A DNA stretch of 64,000 nucleotides from Demequinaceae bacterium (GTDB lineage: Bacteria; Actinomycetota; Actinomycetes; Actinomycetales; JAJYRW01). Under the pieces are notes generated by a model. The model was not told the origin of the DNA. It was given only the letters and a program-made list of their open reading frames with translations, and made no database searches. Shown piece after piece: positions 41,705 through 51,236 of the stretch (its first letter is position 1; each line of letters starts with the position of its first letter). Where the stretch lies: contig DAHVRJ010000132.1 in assembly GCA_027322505.1 (NCBI GenBank), positions 2,775-66,774 on the forward strand, read 5' to 3'. The translations under genes and the position numbers were made by a program.

Positions 41705-44230
41705 TTATTCGCTGGCTCCGGTGTCGCTGGTTCCAGCGCCAACGGGCACGGTGACTTCAGGCTGTTCATCTTCGGCCGCCTTGCGCTGGCCGGTGAACGT
41801 AAACTCGCCCAAAAGCCCCTCGCCCTTCGCGTCAACGATGACTTCCTGCCCGGCCTTGACGTCTCCGTAGAGAATCTTCTCGGACAGGGCGTCTTCGATT
41901 TCGCGCTGAATTGCGCGGCGCAGCGGGCGGGCGCCCAGTACCGGGTCGTAACCCTTTTCGGCCAGGAGCTTCTTGGCGTTCTCGGTGATGCGCAGCGACA
42001 TGTCCTTTTCGGCCATGCGCTCGTCGAGATTGGCGATCATCAGATCGACAATTGCGTAGATCTCTTCCTGGCTGAGTTGCGGGAACACGATGGTGTCATC
42101 GACACGGTTTAAGAACTCGGGGCGGAAGTGCTGCTTAAGCTCGTCATTAACCCGAGCCTTCATCCGCTCATATGAGGTCTTCTTATCGCCGTCGACCTGG
42201 AATCCGGTTTGGACACCCTTAGCAATATCGCGGGTACCCAGGTTGGTGGTCATGATGATGATCGTGTTCTTAAAGTCCACTACCCGACCCTGCGAGTCGG
42301 TCAGACGACCATCTTCCAGAATCTGCAACAGCGAGTTGAAGATGTCCTGGTGGGCCTTTTCAACCTCGTCGAACAGCACGACGGAGAACGGCTTACGGCG
42401 CACCTTCTCGGTCAGCTCGCCGCCCTCGTCATAGCCGACGTATCCGGGTGGGGAGCCAAACAGCCGCGAAACGGTGTGCTTCTCACCAAACTCGGACATG
42501 TCGATCTGGATGAGGGCATCTTCGTCGCCGAATAGGAATTCAGCTAAAGCCTTGGCCAGTTCCGTCTTACCAACACCGGTGGGGCCGGCGAAGATGAATG
42601 AGCCACCGGGGCGCTTGGGATCCTTCAAGCCCGCGCGGGTGCGGCGGATTGCCTGCGAGATCGCCTCGACTGCCTCGTTTTGCCCCACCACGCGGCGATG
42701 GAGTTCTTCTTCCATGCGCAGCAGGCGAGTGGATTCTTCTTCAGTGAGCTTGAAGACCGGAATACCGGTTGACATTGCCAGCACTTCAGCAATGACGTCT
42801 TCATCTACTTCCGAGACCGTGTCGAGGTCACCCTCGCGCCAGGCCTTTTCTTTCTCATCCCGCTCGGTGGTCAGCTGCTGTTCCAAATCACGCTGCGAGG
42901 CTGCTTTTTCGAAGTCCTGATCATCGATCGCGGTCTCCTTAATCAGGCGGACCTCGGAGATGCGGTCATCAAGTTCCTTCAACTCCGGCGGCGCCGTCAG
43001 GCGACGAATGCGCAGCCGCGCCCCGGCCTCATCGATCAGGTCGATGGCCTTATCGGGCAGGAACCGGTCGTTGACGTAGCGGTCAGCCATGGTGGCGGCA
43101 GCTACGAGCGCCTCATCGGTGATCGAAACCCGGTGATGGGCTTCATACCGGTCGCGCAGCCCCTTCAAGATTTCGATGGCCTGCTTCAGGTCGGGCTCAT
43201 CCACCTGGATGGGCTGGAAGCGACGCTCCAAAGCGGCGTCCTTCTCAACGTGCTTGCGGTACTCCTCCAGCGTGGTGGCACCAATTGTTTGCAGTTCTCC
43301 GCGCGCCAACATGGGCTTTAAGATGCTGGCAGCATCAATTGCGCCCTCGGCCGCGCCGGCACCTACCAGGGTGTGGATCTCATCAATAAACAGGATGATG
43401 TCGCCGCGGGTGCGGATTTCCTTCAAGACCTTCTTCAGGCGCTCTTCGAAGTCACCGCGGTAGCGCGAACCGGCTACCAGCGAACCTAAGTCCAGGGTGT
43501 AGAGCTGCTTATCTTTCAAAATTTCGGGCACGTCTCCGCGCACAATGTCTTGGGCCAGCCCCTCAACAACGGCGGTCTTACCCACGCCCGGCTCCCCAAT
43601 CAGCACGGGGTTGTTCTTGGTCCGACGCGACAGAACCTGCATTACGCGTTCAATCTCGAGCGAGCGACCAATAACCGGGTCGAGTTTGCCTTCGCGCGCC
43701 GCCTGCGTCAGGTTCCGACCAAACTGGTCTAAAACAGCCGAGCCGGCTGGGGCGCCTTCTTGGGGGCCGCCGCTGGCTACGGGCTCTTTGCCCTGGTAGC
43801 CCGACAGCAACTGGATGACGTGCTGGCGCACCGAGTTCAGGTCGGCACCCAACTTCACCAGGACCTGAGCGGCAACGCCCTCACCCTCGCGGATCAGGCC
43901 GAGCAGAATGTGCTCAGTACCGATGTAGTTGTGGCCTAACTGCAGTGCTTCACGCAGTGAAAACTCCAAGACCTTCTTGGCACGAGGAGTAAATGGAATA
44001 TGGCCCGATGGTGCCTGCTGCCCACTACCAATGATCTCTTGGACTTGTTCACGGACCGCGTCGAGAGAGATGCCAAGGGATTCCAACGCCTTGGCAGCTA
44101 CCCCATCGCCCTCGTGAATGAGGCCCAACAGAATGTGCTCGGTGCCAATGTAGTTGTGATTGAGCAACCGGGCTTCTTCTTGGGCGAGGACAACCACCCG
44201 GCGGGCCCGGTCGGTGAACCTCTCGAACAT
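41705..44230 (-). CDS. clpC1: ATP-dependent Clp protease ATP-binding subunit ClpC1
   Basis: The start is set at the canonical [12 protein letters not shown]; the track ORF extends 35 codons upstream from a GTG. Two Clp_N repeats and two AAA+ modules ([16 protein letters not shown]). Confidence 0.95.
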   Translation of the reverse strand: MFERFTDRARRVVVLAQEEARLLNHNYIGTEHILLGLIHEGDGVAAKALESLGISLDAVREQVQEIIGSGQQAPSGHIPFTPRAKKVLEFSLREALQLGHNYIGTEHILLGLIREGEGVAAQVLVKLGADLNSVRQHVIQLLSGYQGKEPVASGGPQEGAPAGSAVLDQFGRNLTQAAREGKLDPVIGRSLEIERVMQVLSRRTKNNPVLIGEPGVGKTAVVEGLAQDIVRGDVPEILKDKQLYTLDLGSLVAGSRYRGDFEERLKKVLKEIRTRGDIILFIDEIHTLVGAGAAEGAIDAASILKPMLARGELQTIGATTLEEYRKHVEKDAALERRFQPIQVDEPDLKQAIEILKGLRDRYEAHHRVSITDEALVAAATMADRYVNDRFLPDKAIDLIDEAGARLRIRRLTAPPELKELDDRISEVRLIKETAIDDQDFEKAASQRDLEQQLTTERDEKEKAWREGDLDTVSEVDEDVIAEVLAMSTGIPVFKLTEEESTRLLRMEEELHRRVVGQNEAVEAISQAIRRTRAGLKDPKRPGGSFIFAGPTGVGKTELAKALAEFLFGDEDALIQIDMSEFGEKHTVSRLFGSPPGYVGYDEGGELTEKVRRKPFSVVLFDEVEKAHQDIFNSLLQILEDGRLTDSQGRVVDFKNTIIIMTTNLGTRDIAKGVQTGFQVDGDKKTSYERMKARVNDELKQHFRPEFLNRVDDTIVFPQLSQEEIYAIVDLMIANLDERMAEKDMSLRITENAKKLLAEKGYDPVLGARPLRRAIQREIEDALSEKILYGDVKAGQEVIVDAKGEGLLGEFTFTGQRKAAEDEQPEVTVPVGAGTSDTGASE

Positions 44231-44326
44231 GGGACACTCCTCCTGTCGGCCGGATACCGAAAGTCGTTCCCCCGGGGTCGGCCGCTTCAATGATGTTAAC
44301 GGCCCCAGAGCCCAAAACCTGCCCCT

Positions 44327-44344
44327 GTTCGCCACCGGCGTGAA
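44327..44344. promoter_or_regulatory. candidate ClgR operator upstream of clpC1
   Basis: GTTCGC-caccg-GCG fits the published actinobacterial ClgR half-palindrome GTTCGC-N5-GCG. It lies about 100 nt upstream of the clpC1 start. Confidence 0.45.
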
Positions 44345-44355
44345 AGCGGCGGACC

Positions 44356-44784
44356 TTAGGCCTCCAAAATCAGCGTTACCGGCCCATCATTAACTAATTC
44401 TACTCGCATGTCTGCCCCGAAGATCCCGGTTTCCACTCGCAGCGCGTATTCCTCGCGCAGCACTTGGACGAATTGTGCAACCAGCCCCTCGGCCACTTCC
44501 CGCGGAGCGGCCGCCGACCAGGAGGGCCGCCGGCCCTTCTTCGTGTCGGCATAGAGAGTGAACTGACTGATGACTAGCACCGGAGCGTCTATGTCGACGG
44601 CCGACTTTTCATCGCGCATAATCCGCTGGTGGGCCACCTTGCGGGCCAGGGTCGCGATCTGCTCCGGCCCGTCATCGTGGGTAATTCCCAGTAGCACCAC
44701 GAGACCGGGACCGGAAAACTCCCCGGAAGTGACGCCGTCCGCAATCACGCGCGCGCCGTCGCTGCGCTGAACTACCGCTCGCAT
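44356..44784 (-). CDS. dtd: D-aminoacyl-tRNA deacylase
   Basis: MRAVVQR.. N-terminus and SQFTLYAD motif. The ATG overlaps the upstream stop (TAATG). Confidence 0.92.
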   Translation of the reverse strand: MRAVVQRSDGARVIADGVTSGEFSGPGLVVLLGITHDDGPEQIATLARKVAHQRIMRDEKSAVDIDAPVLVISQFTLYADTKKGRRPSWSAAAPREVAEGLVAQFVQVLREEYALRVETGIFGADMRVELVNDGPVTLILEA

Positions 44785-45113
44785 TACCAACCTCCCCGAT
44801 TCTGATCGCGCCGCCCGCCCTCAATAGAACGCAGCTGCGGGCGCACATCGGTGAGGTAAACGGCGGCGGCGACGAACGCAATAATGTTTAAAAGCATTAG
44901 ATTCAGCCCCAACCCAATTGGGGGCGGAATCGCGCAAAACCCGATCACGGCCGCGGGGATCAAGAGCGCAAGCCAAAAACCCTTGGTGCGTTTGCCAGCC
45001 GCCACGAAACTGCCTGCAGCAAAACGCAGCGCCGAGATGACTGCCCAAACTTCCACTACGAAAGCGGCCAGCAGGAGCCCCAGAAAAAGGTAGGTCTGCA
45101 GATAAGGGATCAC
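44784..45113 (-). CDS. DUF2516 family small membrane protein
   Basis: 109 aa with 3 TM helices; recognised as the actinobacterial DUF2516 type from memory. Confidence 0.6.
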   Translation of the reverse strand: MIPYLQTYLFLGLLLAAFVVEVWAVISALRFAAGSFVAAGKRTKGFWLALLIPAAVIGFCAIPPPIGLGLNLMLLNIIAFVAAAVYLTDVRPQLRSIEGGRRDQNRGGW

Positions 45114-45157
45114 GACGCCATCCTAAATTTACGGGGTTTAGTTTGCGATGGGTGGGT

Positions 45158-46294
45158 TTAGTCCGCCAGGGGCAGGTAGGCGCGCGCGTTTTTGGCGCTC
45201 TCGCCCGTGGCTTGCAGCAGGTCGACGGTCAGCGAGCGCAATAACACCACGAGGGTGATGACGGAACCGCCACGCAACTCGGCAGCCTCGGGGCCCAGTT
45301 GGCGCGCCAGGTCAATGAATTCTTGGCGCGCTTCGGGCGCCGGAAACCCGGCTGCCACCGAGTCGCGCAGGTGGGCGCAACCGGCGGCGGCCTGGGCGAT
45401 CATGTCAGCCAAAATTGGCAGATGCGTATCGGTTTCAGTTAATGGAACAGCGCGCCGGCACATCACCCGGGCATTGCGCGCGGCTCGATCCACCACAATG
45501 GCGACCTTGTTCAGTTCACTTACCTGCCCGCGATAGCGCCGCATCGCCGGCGAAACCCGCACCGTCTCCCGCGCGGCTCGCAGCAGGGAATGCATCTCAT
45601 CTACCGCTGGTTGCATCGCTCGCGCCCGCTCCAGCGTCACCAGTGCCGCGTCATAGTCGCCCTCCCGCAGGGCTTGGGCGAGTTTATTAAGGACGGCGCC
45701 CAGCTCCTTGATCAGGCCACTTACCTGGCCGCGGGGTCCTTTGCGGGGGTCGCTGGGCAGCAGTGCGGCCACGGCCAGCGCGGTCAGGCCGCCCACCACC
45801 GCGTCAATCCAGCGGGTCATGGGCGCGCCGGAGGCCTGCACGGGTAGCGCCACCACGACGACGGCCTGCACTCCGGCTTGCATGGTGACCGTCAGCCCCC
45901 GGTCTAAAAACCGGGCGGTGAGCGCTGCAATGGCCAGCACCAGGGAAATTTGCCACGGCCCCGAGCCAATGACGGTGACAATCAGGTCACCCAGACCCAC
46001 ACCAAGCGCGACCCCGAAGGCAAGTTCTGCCACCTTTCGCAAGCGCCGGTCGGAGGTGAATCCCAGGCATACCCACACGGCGATGGGTGCGAAAAATGGC
46101 AACTTATGGCCCAGGCCGTAGCGGGCGATGGAGTAGGCGACGCCGGCGCCGATAGCCGCCTGGATGATCGGGATGAAGGCCTGCTCCATCCGGCGCCGGC
46201 CATGGCGAATCCGGGCCCGCAACCGCACTTGCGGAATTCGGCGCGATAACCGGCCGATCGGCGAAGTGGCGGGCGGTTGCGGCGGTTTCGTCAC
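45158..46294 (-). CDS. FUSC / aromatic-acid-exporter-like membrane protein
   Basis: 378 aa with an N-terminal ~5-6 TM domain and a C-terminal helical cytoplasmic domain. Confidence 0.65.
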   Translation of the reverse strand: MTKPPQPPATSPIGRLSRRIPQVRLRARIRHGRRRMEQAFIPIIQAAIGAGVAYSIARYGLGHKLPFFAPIAVWVCLGFTSDRRLRKVAELAFGVALGVGLGDLIVTVIGSGPWQISLVLAIAALTARFLDRGLTVTMQAGVQAVVVVALPVQASGAPMTRWIDAVVGGLTALAVAALLPSDPRKGPRGQVSGLIKELGAVLNKLAQALREGDYDAALVTLERARAMQPAVDEMHSLLRAARETVRVSPAMRRYRGQVSELNKVAIVVDRAARNARVMCRRAVPLTETDTHLPILADMIAQAAAGCAHLRDSVAAGFPAPEARQEFIDLARQLGPEAAELRGGSVITLVVLLRSLTVDLLQATGESAKNARAYLPLAD

Positions 46295-47391
46295 TTCTTA
46301 GGCGGGGCCACCCCGCGCGGAATCTTGGGCCGCGGCGGGGGCCGGTGGGCCGAAATTCCCTCGGGTGAAACTAGGATTTCTTGGGCCGCGGCCATGTTTT
46401 CCACCCACAGCTGCGCATCGGCGGGGGTGGAGCGCCGAATTACTGCCAGCGCGACTGGACCAAGTTCGTGATGTTGCGCGGCCGAAGTAACTTTTCCAAC
46501 CTCGCGTTCCCCGTTCAAAACCGCCATGCCCGGCTGCGGTAGTTCGTGGGTGGAGCCATCAACAAGCAGTTGGACGATGCGGCGCGGGGGCCGGCCCATG
46601 TTGTGCACGCGCGCGATGGACTCTTGCCCGCGGTAGCAGCCCTTTTCCAGGTGCACCGCGGTGCGCAGCCAGTCCAATTCGTGGGGCAGCGTGCGCTCGT
46701 CCACATCGGTACCCTGGCGGGGGCGGCCCGCTTCAACCCGCAAAGCCTCTGCCGCCCAGGCGCCGGCCAGATCGATTCCTGCTACGCGCTCTTCTAGTTC
46801 TGCGCGGGGTACCAGCCCCAGGCGCCACCAGCGCCGAGCACCGGGGTGTTCCTCATCGGGAGGGCCGTAGCGGGTCCCGCCGCGCAAAGTGCGCGGCCAG
46901 GGGTCATCCCAAATAATCGCCGGCGCAATTTTTGGGGTGAGGGTGCCGTCCGGATCGCAGTAACCTACGGCGGCCCACTGCTCGGTGACGTCGGTGACCT
47001 CCACGCGCAGCATGAAACGCATGGAATCCAGCCACTTCGCCAGGTCGGCGCCATGCCCGGATTCGGTGATCAGCCAGGTCGTTTCGCCATCGTCGACAAC
47101 CGATGCGGCGTGTTCGATGCGGCCCTGCGGGTCCAACACCAGCGTCTCCACGCAGATACCGGGCTCTAAGTCAGTTAGGTGCTGGCTCGTAAGACTGTGC
47201 AGCCAGGACAACCGGTCGGGGCCGGCAACCGTGACCACGCCCAAATGGGACTGATCGACCACGGCCTTCGACGCGATTAATAGCCGCTGTTCGCGCAGCG
47301 GTTCACCGTAGTGCGCGGGCACTCCCGCATCCGCTCCCTTCGCGGCAACCGCTCCGGGACGAAATAGTAATGGAGAAGACAATTGACTCAT
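46291..47391 (-). CDS. ygfZ: folate-binding protein YgfZ (GcvT-like)
   Basis: Signature KGCYRGQE present. The start is set at MSQLSS, preceded by GAAAGGGG; the track ORF starts at 47424. Confidence 0.85.
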   Translation of the reverse strand: MSQLSSPLLFRPGAVAAKGADAGVPAHYGEPLREQRLLIASKAVVDQSHLGVVTVAGPDRLSWLHSLTSQHLTDLEPGICVETLVLDPQGRIEHAASVVDDGETTWLITESGHGADLAKWLDSMRFMLRVEVTDVTEQWAAVGYCDPDGTLTPKIAPAIIWDDPWPRTLRGGTRYGPPDEEHPGARRWWRLGLVPRAELEERVAGIDLAGAWAAEALRVEAGRPRQGTDVDERTLPHELDWLRTAVHLEKGCYRGQESIARVHNMGRPPRRIVQLLVDGSTHELPQPGMAVLNGEREVGKVTSAAQHHELGPVALAVIRRSTPADAQLWVENMAAAQEILVSPEGISAHRPPPRPKIPRGVAPPKK

Positions 47392-47413
47392 CCCCTTTCT
47401 GGGGTCACTGCAA

Positions 47414-47950
47414 TTATTCCTCAAGCCGGTTCAGCTGCGCCGAGGAGTACGACTGCAACTCGTGGCCAAAGGCCGCCAAATCATGCGCCCACATCAACTT
47501 GCCCTGCACGAGGCCGTAAAGCCGGGTCGCCGCTTCTATTTCGGCGCCTGAAGCGGTGCGCGCGATCAGGTCGGTAGCCAAGTCGATGCGCGGCCCATTG
47601 GCGATGCCCAAATAAACCGAAACATGGCCGGTGGGTTCGGCAAGTAGCAGTTCAATTTCAATTTGGCGGCTCTCACCCGGCTTGGGTAGGTCCTCCAGCG
47701 CCTCTTGGGGTGGCACCCGCCAATACCCGCGCTCGGAGGACCACACCTGACCCACGCCGTCTTCGTCCAGCAGTCGAATTTCGCTGCTGTGGGTCAGGTA
47801 CGGCCCGCCGTCGTGGCTAATTTCGAGGCGCTGGGTAAAGCGGGCCGGTTCGATGCCCGGATAGCCCAGTTCGCCCTCCCCCACCCAGGTGCCAACCAGC
47901 CAGGCCAGCGGAGCAGCCTCGGGTGAAATATTCGGGTCAATGTTGAACAC
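47414..47950 (-). CDS. FABP/nitrobindin family protein (DUF1794)
   Basis: The LAWLVGTWVGEG motif is typical of nitrobindin-like beta-barrels. The start is set at the GTG preceded by GAAGGAG; the track gives a TTG at 47980. Confidence 0.8.
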   Translation of the reverse strand: MFNIDPNISPEAAPLAWLVGTWVGEGELGYPGIEPARFTQRLEISHDGGPYLTHSSEIRLLDEDGVGQVWSSERGYWRVPPQEALEDLPKPGESRQIEIELLLAEPTGHVSVYLGIANGPRIDLATDLIARTASGAEIEAATRLYGLVQGKLMWAHDLAAFGHELQSYSSAQLNRLEE

Positions 47951-47960
47951 GATTACTCCT

Positions 47961-48050
47961 TCACCACAGGCGCCGGGCAAGTGTGAATGCGCCCCAAGAA
48001 ATTCCGAGGCATACCGCGATTAACGCGATGACTACCCCGATTTCAAACAT
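47961..48050 (-). CDS. candidate 29-aa small membrane protein (MFEIGVVIALIAVCLGISWGAFTLARRLW)
   Basis: ATG..TGA ORF below the track cutoff. It has one hydrophobic helix and a basic tail. Its TGA stop overlaps the GAAGGAG Shine-Dalgarno of the downstream nitrobindin gene. No clear RBS of its own. Confidence 0.3.
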   Translation of the reverse strand: MFEIGVVIALIAVCLGISWGAFTLARRLW

Positions 48051-48098
48051 GTGCCGATGGTATCGGTTCTCGGGTGGTTTTGGCCCGCTGACGGGTCT

Positions 48099-48833
48099 TT
48101 AACCAATCAGCACCCGGCCGATGATGTAGATCGCGATTCCCGAGGCCGCCACGGGCAAGGTGACGGACGCCAGCACCGCCGGGCGCTGACCCGCGGTGGG
48201 TAAGTGGGCGAAAAGCGAGCGCAGGCTCGCCACTAAAATTCCGGCCATCAAACCAATGAGCAAACCAACTTGTGCGGAAATAATGGGCATCGCCATGCCC
48301 ACAGCTCCACCGGCCAAACTACCGGCAATGAGGGTCAGCATCGCCCCGAACCAGCCCCGCAGGGGCGCGGCCGCCGCGGCCGAAGCGCCGGCCAATCCCA
48401 CCGCCGAGGCCACCACGAGGCTTTCCGCCCCGGCCGTCCGCGCCGCGGCTACCCAGCCCGCAGCCGAGGCCAGTACCAGCATGCCGGCCACCATCCCGGC
48501 CACCGCTTCCACCAGGCGCGGGCGACCATCGCGCCGCAGCAGCTGGTGGACGAATGCAATAATTACCGCCCCACCCAGGGCGGCCGGTAACCACTTAAGG
48601 AGCGGCTCGACGTCCATAATCATCACCGCAGTTACGGAGCCGAATCCGCATAGGGCAAGGACTACGGAAGAGGTGCGCGGGGTGGGCAGGGCGATGAGCC
48701 AGGGCCAACCAACTGCCACCGCCATGACCAGGACGAATACGACGCCGACAAGCGCGGTGAGGGAAAAATAGGAGGCGAGCGCCAAAATGGTGGCGACTAC
48801 CGCGACCATAATTGCGCGCCAGGCCTCGTTCAC
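48099..48833 (-). CDS. hypothetical polytopic membrane protein (Ala/Gly-rich)
   Basis: 244 aa with about 7 hydrophobic helices; no family recognised. Confidence 0.55.
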   Translation of the reverse strand: MNEAWRAIMVAVVATILALASYFSLTALVGVVFVLVMAVAVGWPWLIALPTPRTSSVVLALCGFGSVTAVMIMDVEPLLKWLPAALGGAVIIAFVHQLLRRDGRPRLVEAVAGMVAGMLVLASAAGWVAAARTAGAESLVVASAVGLAGASAAAAAPLRGWFGAMLTLIAGSLAGGAVGMAMPIISAQVGLLIGLMAGILVASLRSLFAHLPTAGQRPAVLASVTLPVAASGIAIYIIGRVLIG

Positions 48834-48971
48834 CGGTTTCTCGCCCTCATTTTGATAGCTAGTATTTTTGGCACTTCCCGCCCGATCGTACCCGCCAAGC
48901 CGGTGCCATAGGGAAGTGTGTCAGGTGATTGCCTTGTACGGTGGGATGATGCCCTACAAAGAGGTGTTGAC

Positions 48972-49862
48972 GTGAAAATAGAGGTTCTGTCCGCGCCGCA
49001 GGCTGATGATCAACGAGCAATTGTCCAGTTGGCAGCCGCGGCAGAAGCGGAAGACTCAGTTCCCCCCTTCTCAGAACAGCCCCTACTGGATTTGGCTGCG
49101 GCGCGCGAAACCCAGCGCCAGGTCGTAATTCGAGACCTCGAAGATGGCGACACGATAGGTGCCGCGCTCATAGATATGGTCGGTGCCTCGGTGGAATTGA
49201 CCACCCATCCCCAGCGCCGGCGCACCGGCGTGGGCAGCGCACTTTTAACCGCGGTGCGCGGGGAATTGGGCCAGCGGCCGTTCGCGGTTTGGGCGCACGG
49301 GGACCTTGAAGGGGCCCGCGGGTTTGCCGATGCGCGGGGTGGAAAGGTCGAGCGCACGCTCCTGTGTTTGGGCCGCAGTTTAAACGACACAGATGACGAT
49401 GATTTGGCCCCGGTTGAGCGCGATGATGTCGAGCTCACCACGTTTGTGCCAGGGGACGACGACGCGGACCTTTTGCGGGTAAATGCCGCGGCTTTCTCGT
49501 GGCATCCCGAGCAGGGGCGGTTCAGTCAAGAAGAATTGGATCAGCGCAAGGGCGCTCCGTGGTTCAACGCCAAGTATTTGCGCTTGGCGCGCACGGATGG
49601 GCAAGTTAATGCTTTTGTGTGGGTGAAGCCGCCGATCGGCTCGGAGGAATCAGCCGAGTTGTATGTGATCGGGGTCCACCCAGATGCGCAGGGGCGCGGC
49701 CTGGGGCAGTACCTAACCCGCGAGGCGCTCAGTTTGGCGCGCAACATCGGGGCGCGGCGCATGATCTTGTGGACGGAAGACACCAATGAGGCAGCGCTGC
49801 GCACCTACGCCGCAACCGGCTTTAGCGAAGACCTGCGCGACGTGCAGTACACGTTTGCTTAA
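48972..49862 (+). CDS. mshD: mycothiol synthase (tandem GNAT acetyltransferase)
   Basis: Two GNAT domains. The C-terminal VIGVHPDAQGRGLGQYL..GF is typical of MshD. The start is either the GTG at 48972 or the track start at 48918. Confidence 0.82.
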   Translation: MKIEVLSAPQADDQRAIVQLAAAAEAEDSVPPFSEQPLLDLAAARETQRQVVIRDLEDGDTIGAALIDMVGASVELTTHPQRRRTGVGSALLTAVRGELGQRPFAVWAHGDLEGARGFADARGGKVERTLLCLGRSLNDTDDDDLAPVERDDVELTTFVPGDDDADLLRVNAAAFSWHPEQGRFSQEELDQRKGAPWFNAKYLRLARTDGQVNAFVWVKPPIGSEESAELYVIGVHPDAQGRGLGQYLTREALSLARNIGARRMILWTEDTNEAALRTYAATGFSEDLRDVQYTFA

Positions 49863-49887
49863 GGCCGGGCGGTAAGGGTTTCCGCGC

Positions 49888-51162
49888 TTAAGGCCGGGCG
49901 GTAAGCATTTCTAGCCAGGCGGCGGGGTGTTCCTGTACATCCCGCAGCGCGGTGAGGGCCGCACCCGCTAAAGCGGCGCCGTCCTTAATTTTCGGGGCGA
50001 GGATTTTGGGTTTGGACCACGCCGCGGTGAGCACGCGCTGGGCCATCTGCGCTTCGATGTGCGGCTGAAGCCACGGCAGCAGCGGGGCGTGAAAGCCACC
50101 AATAATGATGTTGTTGACGTCGAAAAGGTTGACGACGTCGCTCAGGGTGATTCCAAGCGCGCGCCCAGCGATGGCGATGGCGTTTTCGGCGCGGGTTTGA
50201 CCGGTCTCAAGCGCCGCGATTAGGCCTTCCACACCGGCGGTGGGTTCCAGCCCGGCGGCGGCCAGAAGTTCTTCTTGCCCCACGCTGCGTTGCAAACAGC
50301 CGCGGGCGCCGCACTGGCAAATTTCGCCGTCCGGATCAACCGTGATGTGCCCCAGCTCCGAACTCCAGCCGTGCTGGCCGGCAAATACTTCGCGATCGAG
50401 CACGAGCGCGCCGCCAATGCCAATTTCACCGGAGACGTAAATGAAGTTTGATTCCTCGCGAGCGGCTGCTTCCGCCACGGCCGCTAGATTTGCCTCGTTC
50501 GCGAGCTGCGTTGTGAAGCCGTCAAAAGCGGAGAAGGTGTCCAGCATTTGTACCGCATCGACGTCGTGCCAGTCCAGGTTGGGTGCCAGGCGCAGTGGGC
50601 CGCGCGGCGCATCGACCAGTCCGGGCAGCCCGAGGGTCGCGCCGATTATGACGCCGCCGGTAGCTCGGACTTTTTTGCGAACTTGGGCGACCTGTTCGGC
50701 GAGTTTGGCGAGGGTTTCCTTTGCAGAGTGCCGGCGCACGTCTATCGCTTTGACGCTTTGGGCGGCAACCTCGCCGCTTAGATCCAGGGCGCGCACCCCG
50801 ATATAGTCCACGTTTATTTCTAGGCCCAGGCCGATGATGGTGCTGCGCGCCGGGCTGAGCGGCGTGCCGGGGCGGCCAGCTTTGACGCCGGTGACCGGTT
50901 CTAATTCACGCAAAATTCGCGCGGCGAGCAGTTGGTCAACCAGCATTGAAACGGTAGCGCGGGTTAGGCCAGTTTGTACGGCGACCTGGGCGCGGCTCAT
51001 GGGCTCTTCGGCGTGCAGAATCGTGCGCAAAACCAGACCCAAGTTGTGTTCGCGAATCGATACTTGCCGCGCCGCCGCAGTGGCATTTGCGTTGCCGTTT
51101 GTGGAGGATGATTTCAGCTCTGACACGCCATTGACCATACTCCAACGATATTGTATGTTCAT
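49888..51162 (-). CDS. ROK family transcriptional regulator (probable xylose repressor)
   Basis: N-terminal wHTH (MSRAQVAVQTGLTRATVSMLV) and a ROK sugar-kinase-like domain with a Cys motif (CQCGARGC). Divergent from xylA. Confidence 0.85.
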   Translation of the reverse strand: MNIQYRWSMVNGVSELKSSSTNGNANATAAARQVSIREHNLGLVLRTILHAEEPMSRAQVAVQTGLTRATVSMLVDQLLAARILRELEPVTGVKAGRPGTPLSPARSTIIGLGLEINVDYIGVRALDLSGEVAAQSVKAIDVRRHSAKETLAKLAEQVAQVRKKVRATGGVIIGATLGLPGLVDAPRGPLRLAPNLDWHDVDAVQMLDTFSAFDGFTTQLANEANLAAVAEAAAREESNFIYVSGEIGIGGALVLDREVFAGQHGWSSELGHITVDPDGEICQCGARGCLQRSVGQEELLAAAGLEPTAGVEGLIAALETGQTRAENAIAIAGRALGITLSDVVNLFDVNNIIIGGFHAPLLPWLQPHIEAQMAQRVLTAAWSKPKILAPKIKDGAALAGAALTALRDVQEHPAAWLEMLTARP

Positions 51163-51176
51163 TAAACAAATGTTTA
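51163..51176. promoter_or_regulatory. candidate operator in the xylR-xylA divergent region
   Basis: TAAACA-aa-TGTTTA has perfect 6-bp palindromic arms, 60 nt upstream of the xylA ATG and abutting the first possible start of the ROK gene. Confidence 0.4.
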
Positions 51177-51236
51177 TGAGCGAGGCGCTTGATCGATTGC
51201 CCTAGCTCACATCCACAATTTTCTGAGGTGAAAACC

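Noticed and set aside
44231-44335. N-terminally extended versions of several track ORFs (clpC1 from 44335, gpmA from 15987, xylA from 51189, xylB from 52509, panD from 57512, chvE from 23579)
   Set aside because: In each case a downstream start reproduces the canonical family N-terminus and/or is preceded by a good Shine-Dalgarno. The extensions add non-conserved residues, and for clpC1 the extension covers the candidate ClgR box.
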